From: a virus
DNA: 64,000 nt
Reading direction: 5' to 3' (one strand)
Virus record (IMG/VR): IMGVR_UViG_3300042502_001233
Location: 19,125 to 83,124 of that record
Shown: positions 26,182-36,083 of the stretch, piece after piece
Layout of the letters: each line of letters begins with the position of its first letter
Numbering within the stretch: position 1 is the first letter of the stretch
Translations under genes and position numbers: made by a program
The notes under the pieces: generated by a model
What the model saw: the letters and a program-made list of their open reading frames with translations, nothing else
What the model was told of the DNA's origin: nothing
The model's database searches: none

Positions 26182-29100
26182 TTACATTTTAAATGCTGTA
26201 ACATAAATAAATTTATCACTTTCTCTTAAAACCAAGTTATCAAAACCTATTTCTAAAAGTATTCTTTTAAATTCATCTTCATTATCTTTCCATTGATTGG
26301 CTGTTTCTGCAATCATGATTGGTTGCATAGTTCTCAATACTCTGTAAGCTTCTTTTAAATAATCTTCATAATTGCTACCCATAAGTGATAAACTAAAAAC
26401 AACAACATCTATAGATTCATCGTCTAAAGGTAATTTTGAAATATCACAAGCTATTACTGAATCATCAATGGCTACGTGGTCAAATGATAACACTTTGTTG
26501 GGTATTTCAGTTTTTAAAAGGTTTTCACCACATCCAAAATCACCAACAATATAATCTTTACGTTTAATTTGTTTAGCGATTTCTTTATATGGTATTTCTG
26601 ACCAAGTTTTTCTAGCTTCACGATACAAAGTATGATACTGATACCACTCAGTTGGGTCCTCGGTTAATCGTTTGTTAGTTGTAATAGAATTTGATACACC
26701 CCAGCGTTTATTCATTTGACTGAACTCACCATATTTAGGTAGGTTATGATTAACATAATTTGGATTCAAAGGTATTTTAAATTCTTCTCTATCAAACGTG
26801 ATAATCTCACCGTTGTTTAAACGATTAACCCATTCGGCCAACTCTTGTTGTGCTTCAAACACTAATCGTTCTCTTGAAGGTAGGAGATTTCTAGGAACAC
26901 GCCCATCAATTGCTAAATCACCCAAAGTTGCTTTAAATCTAATTATATTATGTCTACGTCTGTCCCAACTCCAAATATGTTCGCCAGCTGGTATAATAAC
27001 TTGTGGAATATAAATGTTAACTTTATCAAATTTAGAACCTTGTCTATTAACACGACCAACTAATTGGTCATATTCAGAACTGGTCCATGGAAGTACTATT
27101 GGTATCAATGTGTCACACACATATTGAATACCGTCTACACCAGTACCAACTGGTGCCGAACCAATTAAAACATCTAATTTACCCTTTTTAAAAGCTTCTA
27201 AACCACTTTTATCGTCACCAGTATAAAATCCTATACTAAAACCTAAATCTTTTACGAATTTACCTATAATATCGGTTAATTCAGTAACATAATATGTGTA
27301 TATTAAAGTCCCCCTTTTTATTTTATCTTTAACAGAATCAAGTTTAGTATTAATTAAAACTTTTTCGAACTCGCTAACAGCACCTTTAGGTATTGCTATG
27401 ATTTCATTAAACAAATGACTACCATCAGATTCTATGATTTCTTCGTTAACTGAAATACCATAATTAGGTTTATAACGAAGACCATATCTTGTTAATGCTT
27501 TATACATTTCAATACCATTTACAATGTTTTCTTTGGTTTCTAATTCGTTATGAGATTCACCTGTTAACAATTCAATTAATTTTTTAGGTTCTGTTAAATT
27601 GTTAATAATTGGTGTTGCCGACATAGCCATAACTAATAAATTTTCATTATCTTCTTTAGAGTTTATTATTAGTTTTTTAACAACATTCCTTCTAATAGAT
27701 TCTTCGTTATCACGCTGCTTAACATTTTGAACTTCATCTAAAATTATGTAATCAATCTGATTATATTTTAACAATTCAGAAACAATATATTCACCATCTT
27801 CTAACTGAAACGTTTCATAATTTAATACTAAATAATTATAAACATTTTCTTTTAATTTTATGTTATGTTTATGAACTAAATTATAATTAGAATTAACACC
27901 TTCTAATTCTTTCTTAACGTAAATCTGATTGTTAGTGAAATATTCATTTATGGACTCAACCCAGCCCTCAACAGTTGCATTATTACAAATTATTATAGTG
28001 TTTTTAGCACCAGCTAACCTACCAGCAAATATTGCAGATAAAGTTTTACCAGCACCAGTTCCAGACCAGTTACCGTATTTTTTCTCTTTAATTAAACGAT
28101 AACTAATTAGTTTTTGCATTAAGTTTGGCTGATGTTGAAAAATGTAATCACTTGGGGCGACTATTTTACAAACTTCTTCGTATTCACTAAAAAACCAGTC
28201 TTTAATTATTGTAAACCTTTCACCACCAGTTTCACCTCTTAAAGTATCAACATCTATTTGATTGTTAAGAACTTTATTCCACAATTTTTTTAATTGATTC
28301 TTTAACAAGAAATCAATATTTTCATCATCCAAAGAAGCGGTAACCATTGTATTATCATACATATGTAATTCTTTAATTGGGTCTAAAGGTGCTAATGACT
28401 CTGGTTCTTCTTCAGTAATTTCATCAACATTACCCTCAACTAAATCAACTTCTAAATTAGTTGGTTCGTTTAGAATAGAATCATTGTTGGTGTCATCGTC
28501 AGACTCATCGTTTTCTAACGTATCTAATATATCGTGAATTAATCTTTCTCTTTCCTCCGAACCAGCTTCAGAAGAAGTTAAAGAATCTAATGACCCTATT
28601 TGTTGTATTTTTTTAGCGAGATTGTTTGAATTTATTATGGTTATTAGTTCAACTGAGTCCATATAAATTAAATCTTTTTCTAAAGATTTAATAAAGTCTA
28701 ACATATAACGTTTATTCCAATAGTGACCATCACCTAAAGAACCTAACCAATCACCCATAGAAACCCACCCAGAATATTTGTATGTTTTTTCTGGCATTGC
28801 TGGGATGTTGTCTGGTTTTTTTATGTTTTTCCATTCACTATAAGATTTAAGACCTAAAGTTCTAGCATATTCTCTAGCTTCTTCAAATGGTAAAAACTCC
28901 CTAAAATTTGATAACTTACCATGACCTAACCAATCACTCCAAGATACCCAACCAGATTCTTTATAAACTTGAGATGGTGATGCTGGAATTTCATCTGGTT
29001 TAGCTGAAGATTTAGAAAACAACCTCCATTCTTTTTCACCAGTTAATTTTAAACTTCTAGCATATTCTCTAGCTTCTTCAAATGGTAGATAATCTCTTTT

Positions 29101-30078
29101 GTTACATGATATGTAATTAGTTCCTAACCAATCACCCAGCGACACCCAACCAGAATCTTTATAAACCCTATCTGGGGCACTAGGTATATTATTTGGTCTT
29201 AATTCAGATTTAATAAATTCAACCCATTCCTTTTGTCGGGTTATATTTAATTTTCTAACATATTCTCTAGCCTCTTCAAACTGTAAAAATTTTTTATCAA
29301 AATTTGATAACTTACCGTGACCTAACCAATCAACCCAAGATACCCAACCAGAATCTTTATATGTTTTATTTGGTGATTTAGGAATTTTAACATCATAATC
29401 GGTAGATTTTAAATATGTTCTAAACTCATTAGTGTTATTTAATTTTAAATTATGTATTATTTTCCTAGCTTCTTTAAAATCATAAAACTCATCAAAATCT
29501 TTTTTATAACCTAAAAAATCACCCCAAGATTTCCACCCATAATTTTTATACATTACGTGAGGTGAATAAGGTAAACCATTCACATTTGTTTTGTTTAAAT
29601 ATTCATGATATTTAGTTTGTGATGTTAAACCTAAAATTTTAACTACGTTTTTGGCCTCTTCAAAGGATAAATAATTTCTATTTTTTAAAGCAACGTAATT
29701 AGTTCCTAACCAATCACCCAGCGACACCCAACCAGAATCTTTATATATTTTATCTGGCGATGTAGGTATGTTGTGAGGCCTTAATTCAGACTTATAAAAA
29801 TTTTTCCAATCTTGTTGTGTTTTTAATCCTAAACTCTTAACAAAATTTTTAGCAATTTCAAAAGGTAGGTAACCGTCTTTTAGATTCACCGATGAACATT
29901 TAGTTTTATTTAACAAAGCATATGGTGTTATTAAATGTTCTGTATTAAACTTTTTATCAATAACCACCACTTTTTGGTTAGTATTGACATATTCGACTTT
30001 GGAATAATCATAATTATCGTTCCAATTACCACTATCTCTTAATTTTTGTAAAAACTCTTTTGTTTTATCAGTCATCAT
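26182..30078 (-). CDS. 1298-aa multidomain protein: about 8 tandem repeats of roughly 58 aa (ending YKDSGWVSxGDWLG) + SNF2/SF2 helicase + C-terminal SAM methyltransferase
   Basis: Walker A GTGAGKT, DEVQ box, SAT, helicase motif VI QLVGRVNRQGS; MTase motif I VGDFGCGEN. Confidence 0.8.
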   Translation of the reverse strand: MMTDKTKEFLQKLRDSGNWNDNYDYSKVEYVNTNQKVVVIDKKFNTEHLITPYALLNKTKCSSVNLKDGYLPFEIAKNFVKSLGLKTQQDWKNFYKSELRPHNIPTSPDKIYKDSGWVSLGDWLGTNYVALKNRNYLSFEEAKNVVKILGLTSQTKYHEYLNKTNVNGLPYSPHVMYKNYGWKSWGDFLGYKKDFDEFYDFKEARKIIHNLKLNNTNEFRTYLKSTDYDVKIPKSPNKTYKDSGWVSWVDWLGHGKLSNFDKKFLQFEEAREYVRKLNITRQKEWVEFIKSELRPNNIPSAPDRVYKDSGWVSLGDWLGTNYISCNKRDYLPFEEAREYARSLKLTGEKEWRLFSKSSAKPDEIPASPSQVYKESGWVSWSDWLGHGKLSNFREFLPFEEAREYARTLGLKSYSEWKNIKKPDNIPAMPEKTYKYSGWVSMGDWLGSLGDGHYWNKRYMLDFIKSLEKDLIYMDSVELITIINSNNLAKKIQQIGSLDSLTSSEAGSEERERLIHDILDTLENDESDDDTNNDSILNEPTNLEVDLVEGNVDEITEEEPESLAPLDPIKELHMYDNTMVTASLDDENIDFLLKNQLKKLWNKVLNNQIDVDTLRGETGGERFTIIKDWFFSEYEEVCKIVAPSDYIFQHQPNLMQKLISYRLIKEKKYGNWSGTGAGKTLSAIFAGRLAGAKNTIIICNNATVEGWVESINEYFTNNQIYVKKELEGVNSNYNLVHKHNIKLKENVYNYLVLNYETFQLEDGEYIVSELLKYNQIDYIILDEVQNVKQRDNEESIRRNVVKKLIINSKEDNENLLVMAMSATPIINNLTEPKKLIELLTGESHNELETKENIVNGIEMYKALTRYGLRYKPNYGISVNEEIIESDGSHLFNEIIAIPKGAVSEFEKVLINTKLDSVKDKIKRGTLIYTYYVTELTDIIGKFVKDLGFSIGFYTGDDKSGLEAFKKGKLDVLIGSAPVGTGVDGIQYVCDTLIPIVLPWTSSEYDQLVGRVNRQGSKFDKVNIYIPQVIIPAGEHIWSWDRRRHNIIRFKATLGDLAIDGRVPRNLLPSRERLVFEAQQELAEWVNRLNNGEIITFDREEFKIPLNPNYVNHNLPKYGEFSQMNKRWGVSNSITTNKRLTEDPTEWYQYHTLYREARKTWSEIPYKEIAKQIKRKDYIVGDFGCGENLLKTEIPNKVLSFDHVAIDDSVIACDISKLPLDDESIDVVVFSLSLMGSNYEDYLKEAYRVLRTMQPIMIAETANQWKDNEDEFKRILLEIGFDNLVLRESDKFIYVTAFKM

Positions 30079-30088
30079 TTATAAAATT

Positions 30089-30107
30089 TCTACAAAGATA
30101 CGAATTA
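30089..30107 (-). promoter_or_regulatory. class-1 -7 box upstream of the 1298-aa gene
   Basis: tacaaagatacgaat. Confidence 0.4.
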
Positions 30108-30155
30108 AAATTTACTTATTAAAGAAAAAGTCATATATTTATAATAAAAATTATT

Positions 30156-30296
30156 ATGAAGAAAGAAAATAAAATTATTGGAATTGCTGTTGATAAAGAA
30201 TTACTTAAAAAAGTTGACGCTGGAAACTATAACCGTTCTAAACTTATCGATGATTTGTTGACCAAACACTACGAAGAAAAAAAAGTTAAAAAATAA
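30156..30296 (+). CDS. small RHH-like protein (cassette ORF A)
   Basis: IIGIAVDKELLKKVDAGNYNRSKLIDDLLTKHY; a paralog is at 35083. Confidence 0.4.
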   Translation: MKKENKIIGIAVDKELLKKVDAGNYNRSKLIDDLLTKHYEEKKVKK

Positions 30297-30368
30297 TTCA
30301 TAAATTTATGACTTTTTTAAATTTCCACGATATTTATAAGTATATAACATTTATTAATACTCATTATC

Positions 30369-30530
30369 ATGGGAAGAAAAGCAAAAATACAAGAAGAAAA
30401 GAAAGATAAAATTAGTATCTCTATCTCAAAAGAAAACTACGAAGCAATGGCTTCAGAAGGTATCAATAAGTCACAACTAATCAATTGGTTGTTAGAACAA
30501 CACTTTAATTTATTAAATTATGGAAAGTAA
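30369..30530 (+). CDS. small RHH-like protein (cassette ORF B)
   Basis: ISISISKENYEAMASEGINKSQLINWLLEQHF, a CopG-like pattern; a paralog is at 35297. Confidence 0.4.
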   Translation: MGRKAKIQEEKKDKISISISKENYEAMASEGINKSQLINWLLEQHFNLLNYGK

Positions 30531-31185
30531 AATTTGTAATACGTGTAATACTGAATTACCATTAGATAATTTTTCTAAAGACAATGCAACTAAAGATAAA
30601 TTAAAAAATACATGTAAAAAATGTTCCTCAATTAAAAACGCTGAATGGAGAAAAAATAATAAAGAAAAAAGAAAACAATACCATAAAGAATATCATAATA
30701 AAAATAAAGAAAAATTAAAAGAGTATAATAAAAAGATTAACAATGAATTTAAAAAAACACATGGTATATCTAGACATACTTTATGGGATAGAGAGAATAA
30801 AGATAGACGTAAAGAATTATTGAAAATTAGACTAAAAAATCCAGTAGAGGCTTTAAAGTATAAATTAAGGAGTTCTTTAAATGCAATTTTTAGATATAAC
30901 GGTTATACTAAAAAACATAAATCACACGATATTATAGGTTGTTCATATGAAGAATTTAAACAACACCTTGAATCTCAATTTGAACCTTGGATGAATTGGG
31001 ATAATCGTGGGTTATATAATGGTGAGTTTAACTATGGTTGGGATATTGACCATATGGTACCATTATCAACGGCAACAACTGAAGAAGAGTTAATTAATTT
31101 ATGTCACTACACAAACACACAACCATTATGTAGTAAAGTTAATAGGGATATAAAGAAAAATAAAGTTGATTTTTATCCAACATAA
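30520..31185 (+). CDS. HNH homing endonuclease with N-terminal Zn finger and basic KEY-repeat region
   Basis: GWDIDHMVPL...NTQPLCSKVNRDIKKNK. Confidence 0.8.
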   Translation: MESKICNTCNTELPLDNFSKDNATKDKLKNTCKKCSSIKNAEWRKNNKEKRKQYHKEYHNKNKEKLKEYNKKINNEFKKTHGISRHTLWDRENKDRRKELLKIRLKNPVEALKYKLRSSLNAIFRYNGYTKKHKSHDIIGCSYEEFKQHLESQFEPWMNWDNRGLYNGEFNYGWDIDHMVPLSTATTEEELINLCHYTNTQPLCSKVNRDIKKNKVDFYPT

Positions 31186-31466
31186 CAGTCAGAATGTTCC
31201 AAGATACCTTTGGCTAGTTTGGCTCTGTCATCTTTGTTGTAATCACAAATAAGTTCTTTCCATTCAGCTCTGTGGTTAACTCTATCCTCAAAACATTCTT
31301 CTGGTGTTGTATAACCATATTTGTCTTTAAGTGTGTTGTATAGAAATATATCAGCAGCGGCTTGTGATGATGATTTGAATGTTAACCCATAATTATCTCG
31401 CCATATTTCAGCTAACGTATCTTTCGCGTGGCGAGCGTGTCCGATTACCAGAATTTTTTTAAGCAT
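31173..31466 (-). CDS. hypothetical protein with degenerate P-loop-like motif (VIGHARHAKDT)
   Basis: 97 aa; possibly a truncated dNMP-kinase-like paralog. Confidence 0.3.
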   Translation of the reverse strand: MLKKILVIGHARHAKDTLAEIWRDNYGLTFKSSSQAAADIFLYNTLKDKYGYTTPEECFEDRVNHRAEWKELICDYNKDDRAKLAKGILEHSDCYVG

Positions 31467-31520
31467 AATTTTATTTTTTATTAGAAGAAACCCTACCTTT
31501 TACAGTAGAGTTCCTTGGTT

Positions 31521-32459
31521 TTATTTAAGTTGGTTTAGCACTGCTGTGCTACCCACAACTTGTGGAACCCTTGGTGTGTTAGGGTCAACATCAATCCATT
31601 TTAAATATTCAATATACAACGGAGTGATTTCTCTTTTTCTAATTTGCATCGCTTCAGCTTGCGCTTTAGCTTCGATAATTGTTTGTTGTGCGTTACCGTT
31701 AGCAATTGCCACTTTCTTTCTAGCTTCGGCCTCAGCTGTAAGCGCTTTTTGGTCTTCCGCTTGTGCTTGTTGAATGGCTTTGGTTTTTGCAATAATGGTT
31801 TCTTGTAACGATTGTGGTGGAACGATGTTAGTCCTTAACTGTGACACAGTAAACCACTTGGATAAACGTTTGTTACATTCTGTTTTGATAGCAGCTTCAA
31901 ATAATTCACGTTCGTTGAAGATTTTGTCAACTTCCCATTTGTTAGCTACGTCATTTATAGCACCTACTATGGCTGTTTGTAACCAACCTTGTTCTACCGA
32001 TTTAATATCCAATCTTAAGTTTTGGAACATATCACCAACAGCACCAGCTTTTAATGAATAGTTAAAACTAGGGTGAATCGTAGCTGGGAAACCACCTTTG
32101 GTTATGACTTGTTGTTTTTCGTAACCAATTGTTTGTTGGAAGGTTGGGAATTCATAAAGCTGTTCAGCCCATGTGTTGAATACAACCCAACCAGTTTTGT
32201 ATTCATACTTTGACACACCACGTGCATCTCCAGTTAAGTTTACTTTGATACCTACGTTACCAGCGTCAACTCTACTTAATTTGTAAGGTTGTATAAACCC
32301 TACTACAAGGCCAATTACAAAAATGCTTATTGGTTTGATTAACCAACCGCTGTTGAACTCTGGTCCCCATTGTGTTTGTTTTGTGCTATTTTCCCTCGTG
32401 GAAAGAGCAATTACTATCGCTACTATTAGCGATAAGACAATAATAATTGTTGAAATCAT
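31521..32459 (-). CDS. SPFH/band-7 (prohibitin/HflK-like) membrane protein
   Basis: N-terminal TM followed by SPFH core and an Ala/Gln/Glu-rich coiled coil (AQAEDQKALTAEAEARKKVAIANG). Confidence 0.65.
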   Translation of the reverse strand: MISTIIIVLSLIVAIVIALSTRENSTKQTQWGPEFNSGWLIKPISIFVIGLVVGFIQPYKLSRVDAGNVGIKVNLTGDARGVSKYEYKTGWVVFNTWAEQLYEFPTFQQTIGYEKQQVITKGGFPATIHPSFNYSLKAGAVGDMFQNLRLDIKSVEQGWLQTAIVGAINDVANKWEVDKIFNERELFEAAIKTECNKRLSKWFTVSQLRTNIVPPQSLQETIIAKTKAIQQAQAEDQKALTAEAEARKKVAIANGNAQQTIIEAKAQAEAMQIRKREITPLYIEYLKWIDVDPNTPRVPQVVGSTAVLNQLK

Positions 32460-32464
32460 AAAAT

Positions 32465-32659
32465 TTATTTGTTTAAGTTATTAATTACGTATTTGTGTGT
32501 TTTGCTAATCATGTAAACCGTTGCTATTAGCGCTCCAATTGTGGTTATAAATTGGGTAGTTTCATTCATTGGTCTGGAGATTATGTATTCGGCAAGAATA
32601 TTCATACCTATTACCCATAATACCCAACCTAGAATCAATGTTAAAGGTGTTGTTTTCAT
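32465..32659 (-). CDS. small membrane protein
   Basis: 64 aa, two TM segments. Confidence 0.35.
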   Translation of the reverse strand: MKTTPLTLILGWVLWVIGMNILAEYIISRPMNETTQFITTIGALIATVYMISKTHKYVINNLNK

Positions 32660-32716
32660 ATTTTTAAGTTTTTTTTACAAATATACTAAATCTTTTTCAT
32701 ATATGCAAATAAAAAA

Positions 32717-32730
32717 GGGGCAAATGCCCC
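32717..32730 (-). terminator. terminator hairpin GGGGC-AAAT-GCCCC
   Basis: A-run before and T-rich after. Confidence 0.5.
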
Positions 32731-32735
32731 TCTTA

Positions 32736-33062
32736 TTATGATAGAAGTTCGATTCTTCCTCTGGATATATCTTTAAGACTTGCAGTCTTGTTGGTTATGT
32801 GGTCAACTACCACCCCATCCTTGACTCTGTACGTTCTTCGTTTGTCGCTTCTGTCACCTTTACCGATTTGTTCACGTCTCTCGTCAACGCTTTCTTGTAT
32901 GTGACCAGTTCTGTAATATTCGTTCACACGCTTTTTAAGCTCTTTTAAGGCATCTTCTTTGTTCTGGTGTTGATTCCTTCCATCTCGAACTACTTTGAGC
33001 CCTGTGGCCGCGTGTGTGACTACTACACATGAATCTGTGGTATTTTTGTGCTGACCACCAAA
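32736..33062 (-). pseudogene. release-factor fragment (GGQ domain + C-terminal domain) lacking a start; paralog of 36084..36767
   Basis: The in-frame translation FGGQHKNTTDSCVVVTHAATGLKV...NQHQNKEDAL...RTYRVKDGVVVDHITNKTASL begins immediately after the TAA of the upstream ORF. Confidence 0.5.
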
Positions 33063-33386
33063 TTAAACGGCACGATATTCATTAAGCATTTTTTTAATAT
33101 ATTCCCAACAAATATTTGCGTTTTTAAATTCAACATCACCAAATTGACATAATCTCGTGTATTCTTCATCAATTTCATTGGAAAATTTAGTGCTATATTT
33201 TTTCACATCATCTTTTGATAATTCGTAAAAACTAGGTAAACCATTTTTAACTAAAATATTAGAAAACGCTTCAATTCTAGTATCTTTATCACCACTATAA
33301 AAATGGTCAATCATCTGACAACGACTAGAAATAAGTTCTTCAACTACTTCTAAAGCTTTTATTTTATTTTTAATATCTTTTTTCAC
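33063..33386 (-). CDS. hypothetical protein downstream of the GHKL ATPase
   Basis: 107 aa, 3-nt gap to the ATPase gene. Confidence 0.4.
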   Translation of the reverse strand: MKKDIKNKIKALEVVEELISSRCQMIDHFYSGDKDTRIEAFSNILVKNGLPSFYELSKDDVKKYSTKFSNEIDEEYTRLCQFGDVEFKNANICWEYIKKMLNEYRAV

Positions 33387-33388
33387 GA

Positions 33389-34927
33389 TTAATAAATTAT
33401 AAATTTTCGTAACCTTTCACTAACTTTAATGAAATATTCGGTTAACATTATTTCTTTTTCAGTATCATTATAATACTCAATATCAGCTAAAGCCAACCCT
33501 AATGAAGCTAATAACTTAAAAGCTACATCTTTAGTTTCAAAGTTAGTTTTACTCATAAATTTAGACCAAAAAGGATGTTCTTGATTTATTTCTAAAATAT
33601 ATAGACCTTGTTCTTTAACCGTTTTAAACATCAAACCATTTTCACCTAATTTAATAAATCTATAATCAAAAAATTTATCATCTCTGACTCTAGTTTGATT
33701 TGGTTTACTTCCTGGTTTAACCGTTTCTTTCTTTTCAACTGGTGTCTCACGTTTTGTGTTCATACCCCTTTCTTTTTTAATATCAATAAAACGGTTATTA
33801 TTGATACTTTTAGTTGACTCATCTAACTCTTTTTTAACATCCTCAGTCAACTCTATATTCAATGTTTGGTCTTCTCTACTTCTGATTGTTTTAATATAAG
33901 GTTGGATAGCATTTCTACAAATATCTTTAAACCCTTGGTCAATATCATTTTTATCCTTTTCATGTATCATTTTATTGAAAGTTGACCCGAATAAGTCATC
34001 ACCACTACCATTAACAAATAATTCAATTCTAACACCATTAGAATACCCATCACCTATTTTACCCACAATACCTAAATCCAAACCAGCCCCAACTAAACGT
34101 TTATTTCTATAAATATAAAGGCCAGCATTACTACTATTTCTACCAATTTTTGTTGATAATGAAGTACTAACACCTTCTAAATTATAAACACTAAATTTAA
34201 TTTCATTCTCACCATAAACTATTTTTTCATTTGATGTGAGACATTTGGAGTAAAATTCTTTACGAAACATTGGGTCGAAAGATTCAACTAACTCATCGTT
34301 AACAAATAATTTAACATTTAATTCATCAATAAAATATTTGAAATATAAACTAAGTTTACTTTTTAAAATATCTTTAAAAATAGAAGGGTTTGAATTTGAT
34401 ACTTTATCAAGTTTATATAATTTAATAATAGTACCTGTATCAGAACCAACGTCTTCTTTAAACGATTCTAATTCTTCTGGAGTACCAGTTCTAATAGGAA
34501 TAATAAAAGTATTTTGGTCTAACAAAACCTCTAAATCATAAGTGGCAATATATAATGAACCATTTTCACTTTTTGTTATCACATCAAAAGCTTTACCGAT
34601 AGATAAGGCAGCAGCTTTAAGACCAGTACCATATGAACCTAAATCGAACTCTCTGTTTTTACCAGTTAAAGCACCAAGTTTAAATGCTTCTTTTAACGTT
34701 TCTAAATCCATACCACAACCATCATCACAAATTTTAATGTGGTCATACTCATCTTTGATTTTCTTAATTGTAATTTTAACGTTTTTTGAGTTAACGTTTG
34801 TGTCTAGTGAATTATCAATAATATCAGCAATTGCCGCATAATTATTGTAACCAGAATTTCTTAAAGTCGCTAAGAAATTGACATTTGGAGTTACATCCAA
34901 ACCATTTGTTTCGTTTAATTTTTCCAT
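33389..34927 (-). CDS. GHKL-superfamily (MORC/HATPase_c_3-like) ATPase
   Basis: Bergerat motifs ADIIDNSLDT, ICDDGCGMD, LGSYGTGLKAA. Confidence 0.65.
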   Translation of the reverse strand: MEKLNETNGLDVTPNVNFLATLRNSGYNNYAAIADIIDNSLDTNVNSKNVKITIKKIKDEYDHIKICDDGCGMDLETLKEAFKLGALTGKNREFDLGSYGTGLKAAALSIGKAFDVITKSENGSLYIATYDLEVLLDQNTFIIPIRTGTPEELESFKEDVGSDTGTIIKLYKLDKVSNSNPSIFKDILKSKLSLYFKYFIDELNVKLFVNDELVESFDPMFRKEFYSKCLTSNEKIVYGENEIKFSVYNLEGVSTSLSTKIGRNSSNAGLYIYRNKRLVGAGLDLGIVGKIGDGYSNGVRIELFVNGSGDDLFGSTFNKMIHEKDKNDIDQGFKDICRNAIQPYIKTIRSREDQTLNIELTEDVKKELDESTKSINNNRFIDIKKERGMNTKRETPVEKKETVKPGSKPNQTRVRDDKFFDYRFIKLGENGLMFKTVKEQGLYILEINQEHPFWSKFMSKTNFETKDVAFKLLASLGLALADIEYYNDTEKEIMLTEYFIKVSERLRKFIIY

Positions 34928-34991
34928 AAATAAAAATTATTTTATATTTAATCGTATTATTTTACGCATTCTAAATTTTTCAATTTAAAAT

Positions 34992-35036
34992 ACATGCAAA
35001 GATACTAACAATATCATCGCTTGTCAAGTTTTTTTC
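34992..35036 (-). promoter_or_regulatory. class-1 promoter (TTGACA-N17-TAGTATCTTTG on minus strand)
   Basis: Plus-strand atgcaaagatactaacaatatcatcgcttgtcaagttttttt. Confidence 0.5.
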
Positions 35037-35082
35037 TATTTATTTTTAATTAATTTTCAATATATTTATTAAAAACAAAACT

Positions 35083-35223
35083 ATGGACCAGAAAAAAATA
35101 AGCGTAGCATTATCACCAGAAGTTCTAAAACAATTAGAAGATAGTAACTATAATAAATCAAAATTAATCGATTCTTTATTAACTGAACACTTTAAAAAAG
35201 AAAATGAAAAAAAGTTAAAATAA
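35083..35223 (+). CDS. small RHH-like protein (cassette ORF A, paralog)
   Basis: ISVALSPEVLKQLEDSNYNKSKLIDSLLTEHF. Confidence 0.4.
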   Translation: MDQKKISVALSPEVLKQLEDSNYNKSKLIDSLLTEHFKKENEKKLK

Positions 35224-35296
35224 AAATCGCACTGGTACGACTTTTTTCTAATTTCTAGATATTTATAGATATAACAATTATCTAACACAAAATATC

Positions 35297-35464
35297 ATGG
35301 GAAGAAAAGCAAAACTACAAGAAGAGAAAAAAGGTAAACTATCAATCACCATCTCATCCGATAACTATGAAATACTAGTTAATGAAAACATCAATAAATC
35401 TAAATTAATCGATTGGTTATTAGAACAACATTTTAACTCTTTAAACAATGGGAAGGGTGCTTAA
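35297..35464 (+). CDS. small RHH-like protein (cassette ORF B, paralog)
   Basis: LSITISSDNYEILVNENINKSKLIDWLLEQHF. Confidence 0.4.
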   Translation: MGRKAKLQEEKKGKLSITISSDNYEILVNENINKSKLIDWLLEQHFNSLNNGKGA

Positions 35465-36071
35465 TGATGAACAGAAAAAAGCTAGAGCTGAATACCAAAA
35501 AGCTTGGCGAGAAGCTAATAAAGAACGTTTAGCTGAATGGCATAGAGAATATAGAAAGAATAACCCAGAAAAGAACAAAACCAACACTAAAGCGTATAGA
35601 GAGCGTCACCCAGAAAAAGCAAAAGAATCAACTAAAAAATATAAAGCGAATAATCAAGACAAAATTAAAGCTGCATCAATAGTGTATAGAGGTAGAAAAC
35701 TTGAATTACATAATATCAAAAAAGCTAATGACCCAGTGTATAATTTAAAATGTACTGTTAGAAGCGGTATATTAAAATCTTTCTCCAGAATCAACGCTAA
35801 GAAAAACAATAAAACAGTTGAAATTCTAGGATGTTCTTATGAGTTTTTAAAAGAACATATTGAATCAAAATTTGAACCATGGATGACTTGGGGCAACAAA
35901 GGTCTTTATAATGGTGAATTAAACTACGGTTGGGATGTAGACCACATCATACCACTGGATACAGCGGTGACCGAAGAAGATGTGATTAGACTTAACCATT
36001 ATACCAACCTACAACCACTTTGTAGTAAAATCAATCGAGATATTAAAAAAAATAACCCTAGTTACTACTAG
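35448..36071 (+). CDS. HNH homing endonuclease (paralog of 30520..31185)
   Basis: GWDVDHIIPL...NLQPLCSKINRDIKKN. Confidence 0.8.
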   Translation: MGRVLNDEQKKARAEYQKAWREANKERLAEWHREYRKNNPEKNKTNTKAYRERHPEKAKESTKKYKANNQDKIKAASIVYRGRKLELHNIKKANDPVYNLKCTVRSGILKSFSRINAKKNNKTVEILGCSYEFLKEHIESKFEPWMTWGNKGLYNGELNYGWDVDHIIPLDTAVTEEDVIRLNHYTNLQPLCSKINRDIKKNNPSYY

Positions 36072-36083
36072 GGTTATTTATTA

